From the NCBI RefSeq assembly GCF_003918875.1, contig NW_025767740.1, positions 62,001-126,000 on the forward strand: a stretch of DNA of 64,000 bases, written 5' to 3'. Every line of letters begins with the position of its first letter. Position 1 is the first letter of the stretch. The notes under the pieces are model-generated. The model searched no databases. It saw only the letters and a list, made by a program, of their open reading frames with translations, and was not told the origin of the DNA. A program made the position numbers and the translations under genes. Shown one piece after another: positions 1-12,600 of the stretch. Origin of the DNA: Haliotis rubra (Eukaryota).

Positions 1-602
1 CGGAAACCACATTGGAGGTCACTAAGGAGGTTATTGGTCTCCAAGTACCAGATTAATCGATTGTTGACCATGCGCTCCATGGGTTTACAAACACAGCTAG
101 TTAGTGATATAGGACGGTAGTTTGAGGGGTTCAGTATGATCCCGGCCAGGTTTTGGTATAGGGATGATAATGGCATTGTGCCACGAAGGAGGAAAGTTGC
201 CGGTTGTCCAAACGTCATCAAATATATTGAGTAGTGTTTCAAAACTTGAATCAGGGAGGTGTTTGAGAAGCTGATAGTGAATATCATCAGCTCCTGCCGC
301 AGTGTCGTGAGCCTGCCCCAGGGCAGTACGTAATTCATGGAGAGAAAACGTTTCATTGTAATCCTCACCATTATCAGAGTTAAAATTGACTGATTTCTTT
401 TCTTGTTGCGTTTGGTATTTCTGGATCTTGGGGTTATAGTTTGTTGAAGAGGAGTGGTTTAGCCAAAGTTTTGCCAAGTTTATTTGCAATTTCAAATTTA
501 TTTGTTAAAAGAGAGTCACCAGATTTGGATCTTTTGCCCTTAATCTTTTGAATCATGTTCCACACCTTGGACATGGGTGTGCGGGAGTTGATTTTGGACA
601 CA
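1..602 (-). mobile_element. LINE (non-LTR retrotransposon, I/Nimb-like group) ORF2 fragment, reverse-transcriptase-proximal part, degenerate
   Basis: Minus strand reads GADDIHYQLLKHLP..WHNAIIIPIPKPGRD..(frameshift)..NYRPISLTSCVCKPMERMVNNRLIWYLETNNLLSDLQCGF, the typical start of a LINE RT domain. Continues off the window edge. Confidence 0.9.
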
Positions 603-604
603 TA

Positions 605-1945
605 TACTGAGTCAAAAAAGAAACTTCACAAAATGTAATTTGAAAAATAATGAATAAGTTTTCTCTTCTGATACATCTATGTATCCGAAATGGGATCCCT
701 ATCTTTCGACTCTAGAAAAACGTTAGCAAAACCCACTCAAACCCATCCATTCGTCGTGCAAATGACGTTAGTGCCAAATCAGGTTTTGTACGTCGATCAC
801 GTGATCTTCGCATCGAAGTTTTCTTCATATGCACGTGTTTGCATTGGCCTCAAGAATTGAAAAAACACTTTTAAACCACAGTTCTAACGGTACTTGAAAT
901 GCCACGATTGTCAAATGTGCAACGTGAACGTGCGGTTGGCATGTTGCAAGCGGGAATATCAGTTATTGACGTCGCAAGAGCAATGGGATGCAGCCGTCGT
1001 ACTGTGTATGACTTGCGAGGTCGTCTACAACAAACTGGCACCACTGCTGATCGCCCAAGGTCGGGTCGTCCACGTTAGACGTCACGAGCAGAAGACCGTC
1101 AAATCGTCCTACGTCACCTACGTGACAGATTTCTGCCGGCTACACGAACCAGGGCTGAGATGTTTAGAGGTCGACTGTCCTCACAGACCATTCGAAATCG
1201 GTTGCGGGCTGCCAATCTCCATTCTCGACGTCCATATCGTGGGCCAATATTGACGCCGTTTCATCAACGTCAACGTCTGCTTTGGGCCCAACGTCATCTC
1301 CGATGAACCCAGAGAGATTGGAATCGAGTCGTCTTTAGCGATGAATCCAGGTTTACCCTCAGATTCGCGGACGGCAGGCATAGAGTCTGGAGACGACGTC
1401 GTGAACGGTATGCCCAATGTTGTGTACAGGAAGTCGACAGATTCGGGGGCGGAAGTTGCATGGTGTGGGGTGCTTTCTGTGGGAACAACCGTTCCCGACT
1501 TCTGGTCATCTGTGGAAACCTCACAGCTGCTGCTTACCGCGACCAGGTGCTCACCCCTGAACTCGTTCCTTTCATGGCGGCTCATGGCCCAGGTCCACAG
1601 TTCCAGCATTGATGAGAGCAATGGCGCAGAATCCCCAACCACGTGTTCACAAGCATCAGGCAGTCGATGAGGAGACGGTGTTTGGCAGTGGTGAATGCGC
1701 GGGGCGGCCATACACGATACTGAACTGAGAAATTTCGCATTTTTATTCTTGTGACTTTACATTCTGTATACCCATGTTTTGGAACGGCGGTGTAGCCTAA
1801 TGGAACTGATTATGGCACTGTCAGTGTATCGAGTACATCACACAGATCTCAGCAATGAAATAATAACAATTTAACCATCTTACAATCTCTTGTTCTTTTA
1901 TAGTGCCCTGAAGAAAGAATGTGAAGTTTCGTTTTTGACTCAGTA
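605..1945 (+). mobile_element. Tc1-family DNA transposon, internally deleted, nested in the LINE
   Basis: TIR tactgagtcaaaaa(a/c)gaaacttcaca at 605 and inverted ending at 1945. TA target duplication at 603-604 and 1946-1947. Confidence 0.92.
899..1723 (+). pseudogene. Tc1 transposase pseudogene
   Basis: MPRLSNVQRERAVGMLQAG.., DRPRSGRPR, VVFSDESRF, DRFGGGSCMVWG, FQH then a deletion of the D..E catalytic segment, ending SMRRRCLAVVNARGGHTRY*. Has frameshifts and an in-frame TGA near 1304. Confidence 0.88.
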
Positions 1946-1947
1946 TA

Positions 1948-2236
1948 TTTCCTCCATGACCGGCGTTTAGTTTGTTTAAATGTACGTTTTGCCTGGCATT
2001 TGTCATTTTAACGGCATTCAGGTTATGCACAGTAGGATGTTGTCGGAAGTATTTTTCCGCCTTCTTCCTACTTTTCCTAGCTTGTTTACAGTTTGTATCA
2101 AACCATGGTTTGCGTGTGTGCAGGTTTGCAGAGGACTAAGGAATGGTTTCGTCTCCAATAGTATTGAAGATCTCAGAAAATAGTTCCATGGGATCAGGAA
2201 CATTCCAGAAGTTGTCCGGTATAATGTGACCCACAA
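1948..2236 (-). mobile_element. Upstream part of the same LINE ORF2, 5' truncated
   Basis: Removing 605-1945 and one TA rejoins the frame RRSWRKYVSKINSRTPMSKVWNMIQKIKGK. PW motif upstream. Confidence 0.85.
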
Positions 2237-2699
2237 CCCACACTCAAAACTTTAAACTTAATCAATAATTGTACCAATTACAAAAAAACACTCTCTCATA
2301 ACACTAGGTATTGAAAAATATTGCCAGTTTTAATTACTGGATGGATGTTCATTTACAAAATACAAACACCTTACACAAACAAAATCATCCCTGCATCACA
2401 TAACTGCCTCGGGATGATTCAGTTTTCATGTAGAACTGTTGAATTAATTATTTGATACTATCCTGCAGCAATTTTGTGCATTTTTAAAAATTTAAAAATA
2501 TGCTTGAAATTATGGGATGGGGGTTGATGACATTAGGGGAGGGGCTCTCTAATTTTGTACATGCATTTTAGAGAGGTGGGTCATTCACATTGTTCATGCC
2601 TCTCCTTGTAAATCATCATCACCCCGCCCCAGCCATAAATTATAATTCACAAGCTGGTTTGGTATTTTGGGTTTTTTTCCTTGTTGACCAGGACTAGCA

Positions 2700-2851
2700 G
2701 AGTGAGTGTGTTTGGTTTTATGCTTTTAGCAATAATCCAGCAATATGATGGGAGGGGACACCCAAAATGGGTTTCAACAGTTGTACCCATGTGGGGAATC
2801 GAACCCGGGTCTTCGGCGTGACAATCGAATGCTTTAAACGCTAGGCTACCA
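2700..2851 (-). mobile_element. tRNA-derived SINE, family A
   Basis: Reverse complement has A box TAGCCTAGCG, B box GGTTCGATTCC and an (ACTC)n-like tail. About 12 copies in the window. Confidence 0.8.
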
Positions 2852-3496
2852 GACGAAGTTACAGCAGCCGGCTTAACCTTTAGCCTGCTAAATTAATTTC
2901 GGCATAAGGCGTTATAAAAAATGTTTTTATAATGAAGAAAATATTTGACAAGGACACCTCGACGTGAAGTTCCTGAAGTCAACAATAACTATTGTTTGTG
3001 GCTATGTGCCGAGAAACTTTGTGATTACATTTTTTAATTCGCGGGCTTTTCGTTTTAAGGTACATAAGCTGATTAATTTAGAAAACTCAGCATTCATGCA
3101 TTCCATACATAATTCAAATGGAACGTAAATCCTACTTGGTCAATAGTTATTGCAAGATTTATTTGGGGATGTCATTATGCTGCTCTCTTGTCGAATAGGT
3201 TCCACAGCAGCATTGAGCGGATTAAAAAACTTTCTTTTTAGGCTTTAAGTTTGATACAAATAAAAACCATCTGCTAGATTGTTCTGAACAGTCAATAAAA
3301 TTGACCTTGAAGTGATTGACCTATATCAAATTTGCCACCATATAGTTGGAATTTTGCTGAGAGTGATGGTAAACAACAAACAAAACAGAAGGTCTTGCAA
3401 TTTTCAACATCTGTGTACATAAACTTAAAGCACATACACGTGCAGGATTCACAACGGCACCAGTAATTCTTTAGCCCAGAATTCTTCATCTTTTAG

Positions 3497-3603
3497 ATTC
3501 TGAGTCTGATGATGATGGGTATACGTGCATGGAGTTACCCACCCTTATCAAGCAGCTCAAGTCTGTGCTGGACCAATACCCTGATGATGGACAAATACCC
3601 AAG
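3497..3603 (+). CDS. SACS: Sacsin copy 1 exon (D)SESDDDGYTCMELPTLIKQLKSVLDQYPDDGQIPK
   Basis: ttttag acceptor and AAG|gtgagt donor. Same 107 bp length as the copy 2 exon. Confidence 0.88.
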
Positions 3604-6600
3604 GTGAGTCTGTGTTGCACCAATACCCTGATGATTGACATATACTCGAGGTGAGTCTGTATTGTTCAATACCATGATGATTGAAAGATACTCAAGGTGA
3701 GTCTGTGTTGCACCAATACCCTGATGATGGACAGATACTCAAGGTGAGTCTGTCGTACAGTACCCTGATGATGGACAGATACTCAAGGTGAGTCTGTTGG
3801 ACCAGTACCCTGATGATCGACAGATACTCAAGGTGAGTCTGTGTTGTCCAATACCCTGATGATGGACAGATACTCAAGGTGAGTCTGTATTGTCCAATAC
3901 CCTGATGATGGACAGATACTCGAGGTGAGTCTGTATTGTCCAATACCCTGATGATGGACAGATACTCGAGGTGAGTCTGTCGTACAGTACCCTGATGATG
4001 GACAGATACTCAAGGTGAGTCTGTATTGTCCAATACCCTGATGATGGACAGATACTCGAGGTGAGTCTGTATTGTCCAATACCCTGATGATGGACAGATA
4101 CTCAAGGTGAGTCTGTATTGTCCAATACCCTGATGATGGACAGATACTCGAGGTGAGTCTGTATTGTCCAATACCCTGATGATGGACAGATACTCGAGGT
4201 GAGTCTGTCGTACAGTACCCTGATGATGGACAGATACTCAAGGTGAGTCGGTATTGTCCAATACCCTGATGATGGACAGATACTCAAGGTGAGTCTGTAT
4301 TGTCCAATACCCTGATGATGGACAGATACTCAAGGTGAGTCTGTGTTGTCCAATACCCTGATGATGGACAGATACTCAAGGTGAGTCTGTGTTGTACCTA
4401 TACCCTGATGATGGACAGATACTCAAGGTGAGTCTGTCGTACAGTACCCTGATGATGGACAGATACTCAAGGTGAGTCTGTGTTGTACCTATACCCTGAT
4501 GATGGACAGATACTCAAGGTGAGTCTGTGTTGTACCTATACCCTGATGATGGACAGATACTCGAGGTGAGTCTGTATTGTCCAATACCCTGATGATGGAC
4601 AGATACTCAAGGTGAGTCTGTGTTGTACCTATACCCTGATGATGGACAGATACTCAAGGTGAGTCTGTGTTGTCCAATACCCTGATGATGGACAGATACC
4701 CAAGGTGAGTCTGTGTTGTACCTATACCCTGATGATGGACAGATACTCAAGGTGAGTCTGTGTTGTCCAATACCCTGATGATGGACAGATACTCGAGGTG
4801 AGTCTGTTGCACCAATACCCTGATGATGGACAGATACTCGAGGTGAGTCTGTATTGTCCAATACCCTGATGATGGACAGATACTCAAGGTGAGTCTGTTG
4901 GACCAGTACCCTGATGATGGACAGATACCCAAGGTGAGTCTGTGTTGCACCAATACCCTGATGATGGACAGATACCCAAGGTGAGTCTGTATTGTACCTA
5001 TACCCTGATGATGGACAGATACTCGAGGTGAGTCTGTATTGTTCAATACCATGATGATGGACAGATACTCAAGGTGAGTCTGTGTTGTACCTATACCCTG
5101 ATGATGGACAGATACTCGAGGTGAGTCTGTATTGTCCAATACCATGATGATGGACAGATACTCAAGGTGAGTCTGTATTGTCCAATACCCTGATGATGGA
5201 CAGATACTCGAGGTGAGTCTGTATTGTCCAATACCCTGATGATGGACAGATACTCGAGGTGAGTCTGTATTGTCCAATACCCTGATGATGGACAGATACT
5301 CGAGGTGAGTCTGTGTTGTACCTATACCCTGATGATGGACAGATACTCGAGGTGAGTCTGTGTTGTACCTATACTCTGATGATGGACAGATACTCAAGGT
5401 GAGTCTGTGTTGTACCTATACTCTGATGATGGACAGATACTCGAGGTGAGTCTGTATTTGTCCAATACCCTGATGATGGACAGATACTCAAGGTGAGTCT
5501 GTGCTGGACCAGTACCCTGATGATGGACAGATACTCAAGGTGAGTGTGTTGTACCTAAACCCTGATGATAGAGAGATACTCAAGGTGAGTCTGTGTTGCA
5601 TCTATACCCTGACGATCAATAGATACTCGAGGTGAGTCTGTGTTTGTCCAATACCCGGATGGTGGATATATACTCAAGGTGAGTCTGTGTTTGACCTTTG
5701 GACCTGGTGATAGACAGATACTCAAGATGAGTCTGTGCTTAACCAATGCCCTGATGACGGACACACACTCAAAGTGAGTTGACACAAAATTTACAAATTT
5801 ACCCCTCAGTGTATGACAACAACACTATGGAGTTTGTCGTTTTCGTTTTTACCAGGAGTTGATCCAGAATGCTGAAGATGCTGAGGCCAGTGAGATACGA
5901 ATACTGTATGATGACAGACATATAGACCCCGATCCAAGACTACTGAAGAAGAAACATTACCTAGCCTCACTACAGGTGAAGTTACTTAACTATGTGCCAG
6001 GACAGTGTAGGACTTTATGTGTAGAGCAGCTCTTATCAAAGTATCTTAGTGTATGCACCTATTGGCCATTGAAAACCTAGCTGGGGGAAAATTAAACTAC
6101 AAATAAACAAGAATAGTGTTTCTGTTTTAATAGCAAACCCTCCCATAGCATGCACACATTTCACATGAAAAGGTATAATCAGAAACCAATTATTGTACTA
6201 GTGTACGTATTCCTTTTGAATGAGCCCTGCCATTGGGCAAACTGACACGAATGCTTTGCTGACAAGTAATGTACTGAGTGTTCTTTCAGGCCCCGGGCCT
6301 GTGTGTGTACAATGATGCATTGTTCACCAAGAAGGATTGGAAGGGAATCAGGATGCTACATGACAGTGTCAAGGAGGAGGAAGTCCTAAAGGTTGGACGG
6401 TTTGGACTTGGATTCAAATCTGTATTCCATGTCACTGGTAAGACATTGGTGATTGTATTTTAGATAAACTAAGTTACATCACATTTACTGTATCAGAAAG
6501 ATGAAATATACACACCATGTTGAGATTCAGATTTTGAAGGTTTCTTTGCATTAAATGTGTGTCACTTGGAGCACTGGACAAGTAAATGAACATGAACATT

Positions 6601-9600
6601 ATGTACTAAACTTATTCCTTTTCACAAACTGAAATGTTTCCTTTCCAGACTTCCCAAGTGTCATAAGCGGGGACACTGTGTTGTTCATCAACCCACAAGA
6701 GAAGAATGGTGACCGAGTCTGCTACATGAAGAAACTGCGTGAACTTCCCAGTGGGATCAAGAACATGATCCTCAACATCTTCAGTGGCACCTTTGGCTTT
6801 ACATCAGACACAACAGACACAGGTCATTATCCTGGAACCATTTTCTGGTTCCCCCTCAGAACCAACATCTCGAAGCTGTCCGACAACCTTTACACTGAGA
6901 AGAAGGTCATGGATCTGTTCCAGGCTTTTAAGGCTGAGGCATCCATAACTCTCTTATTTCTGAAGTCAATAGAGAAGATACAGTTGTACAGGAGACTGGG
7001 GGGAAAGACAGAAATCCAGTTCTCATTGCAGCTGTCTCAAGACTGTCTCCAGCATGTTAGAGCTGAGAAGAAAGACTTCATGAGGAAAGTGAAGCAGGTA
7101 CAAGGAGAAATACCACCATCATCATTACAGAGCGAGTTGATCGTAACTGTGGAAACAGGGGATGTTGCAGAGACTAAATTGACTAAATTGTCATCACAGA
7201 ACTGGATTGTCATCAATTTGTACAAAGGAGGAAGTATGACTGGAAGGTTCAGAGAACTTTGCCCATGACACAAGTCTTTCCTACTCCCCCTTTGTGGGTT
7301 TGGCTGTTCCTTTGGGTCAACAGTGCGAAGGTCATGTGTTCTGCTTCCTCCCACTTCCTCTGCAGAGGAACAGTCCCACAGGTCTGCAGGTTCATGTCAA
7401 TGGCTTCTTTGCTTTGAATCAGAACCGGAGACACGTCAAGTGGCCAACAGCAGATCAGCTTCAAAATCAGGCTCACACAGACAAGGCTATGGAGTGGAAT
7501 CAGTGTCTTGTGAGTGAAGTTCTACCAGAGGTTTATCGTAGCTTGATAGATAGCCTTCTTAGATGCTGCTATGCATATGATAATTCAATTACCATCATTC
7601 AACAAGTCTACAGAACAATTCCAGATGTTGATGATATTGATGTGCATTGGAAGCCTCTTGTTTCAACAATTCTGGCACAGCTTCACAATATCCCGTTCCT
7701 GTTCACCGTCTGACCAGAAGAAAGGGGTCAAGATGAAGGATGCTTTTCTTGTGGATGTGACCAATGATGCTTATTCATTAATCACTGAAATATTTACTTT
7801 GTATCACAGGTACATTGTCCCAGTACCTCCAAAACTAATGCGAACTTTAGAAAACATTTCAGCTCACACATACACAAAGCAACACCTAAAGATGTGTGTG
7901 ACACACTTAAAGTGGACAACCGCTTTACAGCATTACCAAGACAGAAGAAACTCATGCTGCTGAAATATCTCCTGGAATCGGATGCGTACAAGCACCTGTA
8001 CAGTCTGTGTCTTCTGCCAGTGGCTGACGGTAACTTTGTGGATTTTGGAGCAGATGCAGGTGTGTTCATTTGCTACCCACAAGAGGATGCCAAACTTTTC
8101 CCAGGACTTGAAAGACAGTTGGTCTCGCTGGACCTTCCTGAGGAATTACAACAAGCTCTGCGGAAACGGGCTTCTGCTGGTACGTTGCTTTTATCACATT
8201 GATACAACCAGTAACAGGGATATATGGTAGCAAAGCTTCTAAGCAACACAATGAATGAATTGTTAATCCCAACAACTACCTTTTTTCAAAAGATAAGGTG
8301 AAGATTAAATGACAATATTTTTTCTGACAATTCTAAATATCTAACTAGTACACAAGCAAACAACAGTGACCAAGACATTAATGGAAATTCATGAGGTCAG
8401 CGGTCCAAGCCCAAATGACTAGGATACATGTTTCTCGTGGCAGATTTAAGGTCACTCATTCTGTTCTTTCATTTTTGCATGTAACATGCTGTCTCGTTTC
8501 CTATGGAACCTCTGGTTTTGTTTCTGTTTGTTTGGTATTGTCACACTCGGCAATATAACTCTTGGGGCCTACAAATAAGCCCTACCACATGTGTCAATGC
8601 GCAAACATCATCACTGAAGTTTGAATTATTTGAGTTGGTCTTTATTTTCTCGATGGAACAAACTTTGACTTTGAATTGACCTTTGTACTTTTCGATGCTC
8701 CTTATGCAATTCCTTACAACATTTCCAGGAACCACTAAAGAAGCTGAAACTACCAAATGCATTAATATTGTATCAAACATACATGCTTGGTATTTGCCTT
8801 GTTGGTAGCAGGACTCGACATGTCTATTCGGCTCTTCTCAAGCGTTTCTAGTTTGACCCTTGTACTTTTGCATGTCCAAAATGCAATCCCTTGCATTGTT
8901 GACCTGTGAAGATCCGGGTTAGAATTGATCTTCAGTAACCCATGCTTGTCGTAAGAGGCGACTGACGGGATTGGGAGGTCAGGCTCGCTGACTTGGTTGA
9001 CCCATGTCATCAAAGATCTTTTGCAAGCATGTTTGTTCTTAGCAGATTCAAGTCAATTCAATACAAGCAAACTGTGTTTTATTGCTATAGATTGACTGCC
9101 ATAAATATGAAGTGTCTGGATCAAGAGCTCCGTATAATGCTGTCACAACATTAAAGTGTTCATCTACAAACTTCAATATACATATAAATTTCTGACAAGG
9201 TAGATAGATAATCTTATAGTTCATTTACAAAACAAGATTTCTAAGAACCCTTTTGATGTAAAGTGATTGTTTGAAGGAACCAACAAAACAATTGTGAAAT
9301 TCGAATACAAACTTACTTATGTTTCTGAATATTGCAGAAATACTGTACATTAGTATTATTAAACATATAGTAATTCCTAGCCTCAAATGACAGTAAATAT
9401 ATTCGCAACATTTGTAAACCATCTGCTCTTTGAACAAGCCACTCCCACATGGCAAGCAGGTGACTTCTAAACTAAAGCTGTCCATTGCCCAGCAGTTATC
9501 CCCCTTTGTTTCACACTAAGCTATAGCGATACCAGACCACATACATACAAAACAAATAGTGTTGATAGTACAGATAACATCAACATTGTTCAAATGTCCT

Positions 9601-12600
9601 TGTTCTTTATTTATGATAACATTGATTTCATTTGACTTATAATGCTAAATGTTTTCTTTTCAGGATGGCAAGGTCTTTCTGTGATGTCACCTGATGCATT
9701 CCCCAATCTGCTCCAGGAATGTCTGTTGAGGCATTTCCGGGAAGGTAATGCTGAACTGCCTTCTCCATCCCTTGATGTCAACTGGCTCAGGCAAGTGTGG
9801 ACCTATATTACAGCCCATGGAATTGATGTTGAAAAATATTTCAGTGGTTTTCCCATCATGCCAGACATTGATGGCTTCGGCAGAGGAAAACTACTCCGCA
9901 TTGATGAGGTCTTCATAGCTCAGTCCGTCAGGCACTCTGAGTCACTCCCACAGAATGTTGGTGCAGCACTGCAGAAACTAGGCATTATACATTTGATGTA
10001 TGTCCCTGATTTTGTCCTCAACAATCCTCATGTTCTTGGGACAATTATTCAGTATTCGACACCAGTGGGTGTTGTAAGAGCATTAGAGACAGTATATACC
10101 AGAAAACGTAACACAGCTGTACAACTGTTCAATGCTGAATCCTCCAAAGAGGAAAGGTCTGCTTTGGTTACATATCTGAGCTCCTGCCAGTTGAACGATG
10201 GAACTAAAGCTGTGTTGAGGAAGTTAAAGCTATTTACTGCAACAGACAACAGTGATTGCTCAGTGGAAACCTTGTATACTCTAGCCCCTGATGAACAAAT
10301 ACCAGTATCCTACCCTGAGAGGTACATCCAGTGTTCATCTGCTGCAGTCAGACCCCTGGCACTGACGCTCGGGGCAACTGCAACCCCGTTTCTTCATGTT
10401 TGTCAACAGATCCTTCAGCTGATGCAGCACAGGAGTATGCAATACACAGAAAGTCAAAAGGTAGAGTTTATGGAGTTTCTGATGGAGAAACACATGCCTG
10501 TTGTGAATGAAACGAGGCAAATTGCTTCGGCAGTACAGTTCCTTTCATCCAGTGGAGGGTCTTCTAGTCTGAGGGCTTGTGATCTGTTCAGCCAAGACGA
10601 TCCATTCCTGAGAGCCTTGTTCCTTGAAGAGGACAAATTCCCAGCAGAGACGCATACACGAAAAGACAGACTCAGGAGAGGGTTACAAGTAATTGGTCTT
10701 AAAAGTGTGAAAGAGATCTCAGAAAGTGATGTTAGAACATCAGCAATGAAAATTGAGGAGCTTGTTAGCAGAGGAATGGATTCTGAAGCAGAGCTGAAAG
10801 TAACAGCATTCATCACGTTCCTCGAGAGGAGCATAGACAGAATGGACCCAATGAAAACTATCTGATCTTCAGCATCAGAAATGCATTCCTTGTTTGCAGA
10901 AAAATATCCAGATATCCCAAGTCTCTCTCATGGAATGGAGAATCAGGGCCCTCTATCTCATCATCAGAAGAGGTTTTTAGTTCACGACACTCATCTATCA
11001 TTGGGTCTGTTAGTCCAGTTGCAAAAGAAATGGCAGAAGCTGTTGAAAGAATGTTGGGACTTTATAGAGATCCACCAGTATGTTCAGTGATGGATCATCT
11101 TCATAAGCTGGGGGCATCTTATGACAGTAGAGAATGTAATCCTTGTATAGAGTTACTAAAGAACATTTACAGCTTCTTGAATTCTCCAAATGTATCACTT
11201 GCAGAAGAGAAACACCAGATGGAGTCAACAAGATCTGTGTGGGTTGGAATAGAAGAAGGTTTCCAGTATCCACGGTCAGTGTATTTAGAAATATCTGAAG
11301 CTGACCTGGACCTGAAGCCTTACAGATACCAACTACCATCTCTGTTGCATGACTGGTGTTCATTACTGAGTGACTGTGGCTGCCATCAGAGACAAACCCC
11401 TGACATGCTGACCTCTGTGCTGGAAGAAATAAAAGGAAAGCATGACAGATTCAGGTCATCCAACTTAAAGAAACCAACAGATGTGCGACATGACTTAAAT
11501 CTGGTTCTTCAGATACTTAATGAACTGCAAAAACACCCTCAAATACATGATGTGTTAGTGCCAGTGCACCAGGCTTCTGAGGATTACCTTCTCTTGTTGC
11601 CAGCAAACCAGTGCACCTACTGCAATGCCGATTGGCTGCAGGATCAGATATCTGATGGTTCTGAGGTAGATGAAGAAGAGGAAATATTTTATGTTCATTC
11701 TAGCATATCAGAGCGGACTGCACAATTGATGGGAGTCTATTCCCTGACTGAACGTGTAATGGATGACACTGAAGACTTTGATGTGGAGTATCATCAGTCA
11801 GAGCCGTTGACAAGACGACTGAAAAACATTCTCCATGAGTACACAGATGGTTTTTTCTGTCCCGAAAGAGCTGATACAAAATGCAGATGATGCCCGCGCT
11901 ACAGAAGTTTGTTTCATGTATGATGAGAGACAGAATCTGAATGCAAGAACATTCCTCATGAATGAGAACATGGCTGGTTTGCAAGGTCCAGCCCTTTGGG
12001 CCTACAATAATGCAAGTTTTACACAGAGTGACTTTAACAATTTGAAGAAACTGAGCGGAGCCACTAAAGAAGAAGACACAACAAAAGTGGGAAAGTTTGG
12101 TTTGGGATTCAATTCTGTTTACAACCTAACTGATGTTCCAAGCTTCATCAGTGAAAATACTTTGGTGATATTTGACCCTCACAAATCATACTTAGGGAAA
12201 TCTGGGCTGAAAGCAAACCTCAAAAGTGTGAAAAATCAGAGGATGATGAGAAATATGAATGGACAATTAAAGCCGTTCGAGGGAATATTTGGCTGTCAAG
12301 TCATCAAAGATGGAAAACGTGACACTACATGTCATGGCACACTTTTCAGATTCCCTTTGAGGACACCAGAACAGGCTGCTACAAGTGAAATTAAAGATTT
12401 GTCCTACTCAAGGCATGAGATGGAGACATTTTTCAGAAAATTTGCAGAAGGATGTGGAAATCTTACCCTTTTCACGCAGTATGTGTCATCGGTAAAGTTC
12501 TTCTATTTACCACGCAATGGAGACCCAAATATGCCAGAACTTCTCATTCATGTGACAAAAGCAATAACAGACCAACGAATCCTGTCACCTCCAAATTCTC

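Noticed and set aside
3561-5780. CRISPR array
   Set aside because: The variable part is only 8-11 nt and is reused among units. There are no unique spacers or cas genes, the context is a eukaryotic intron, and the unit derives from the adjacent exon.
3604-5780. Units as 9-nt ILK microexons or recursive splice sites (cag|atactcaag|gt)
   Set aside because: No polypyrimidine tract before the AG, and the spacing between units (~37 nt) is too short for ordinary introns. No support without RNA data.
3692-5785. Minus-strand repetitive ORFs (TDSPRVSVHHQG, LSICPSSGY), also at 61483-62045
   Set aside because: By-products of translating the minisatellite. Frames switch with unit length.
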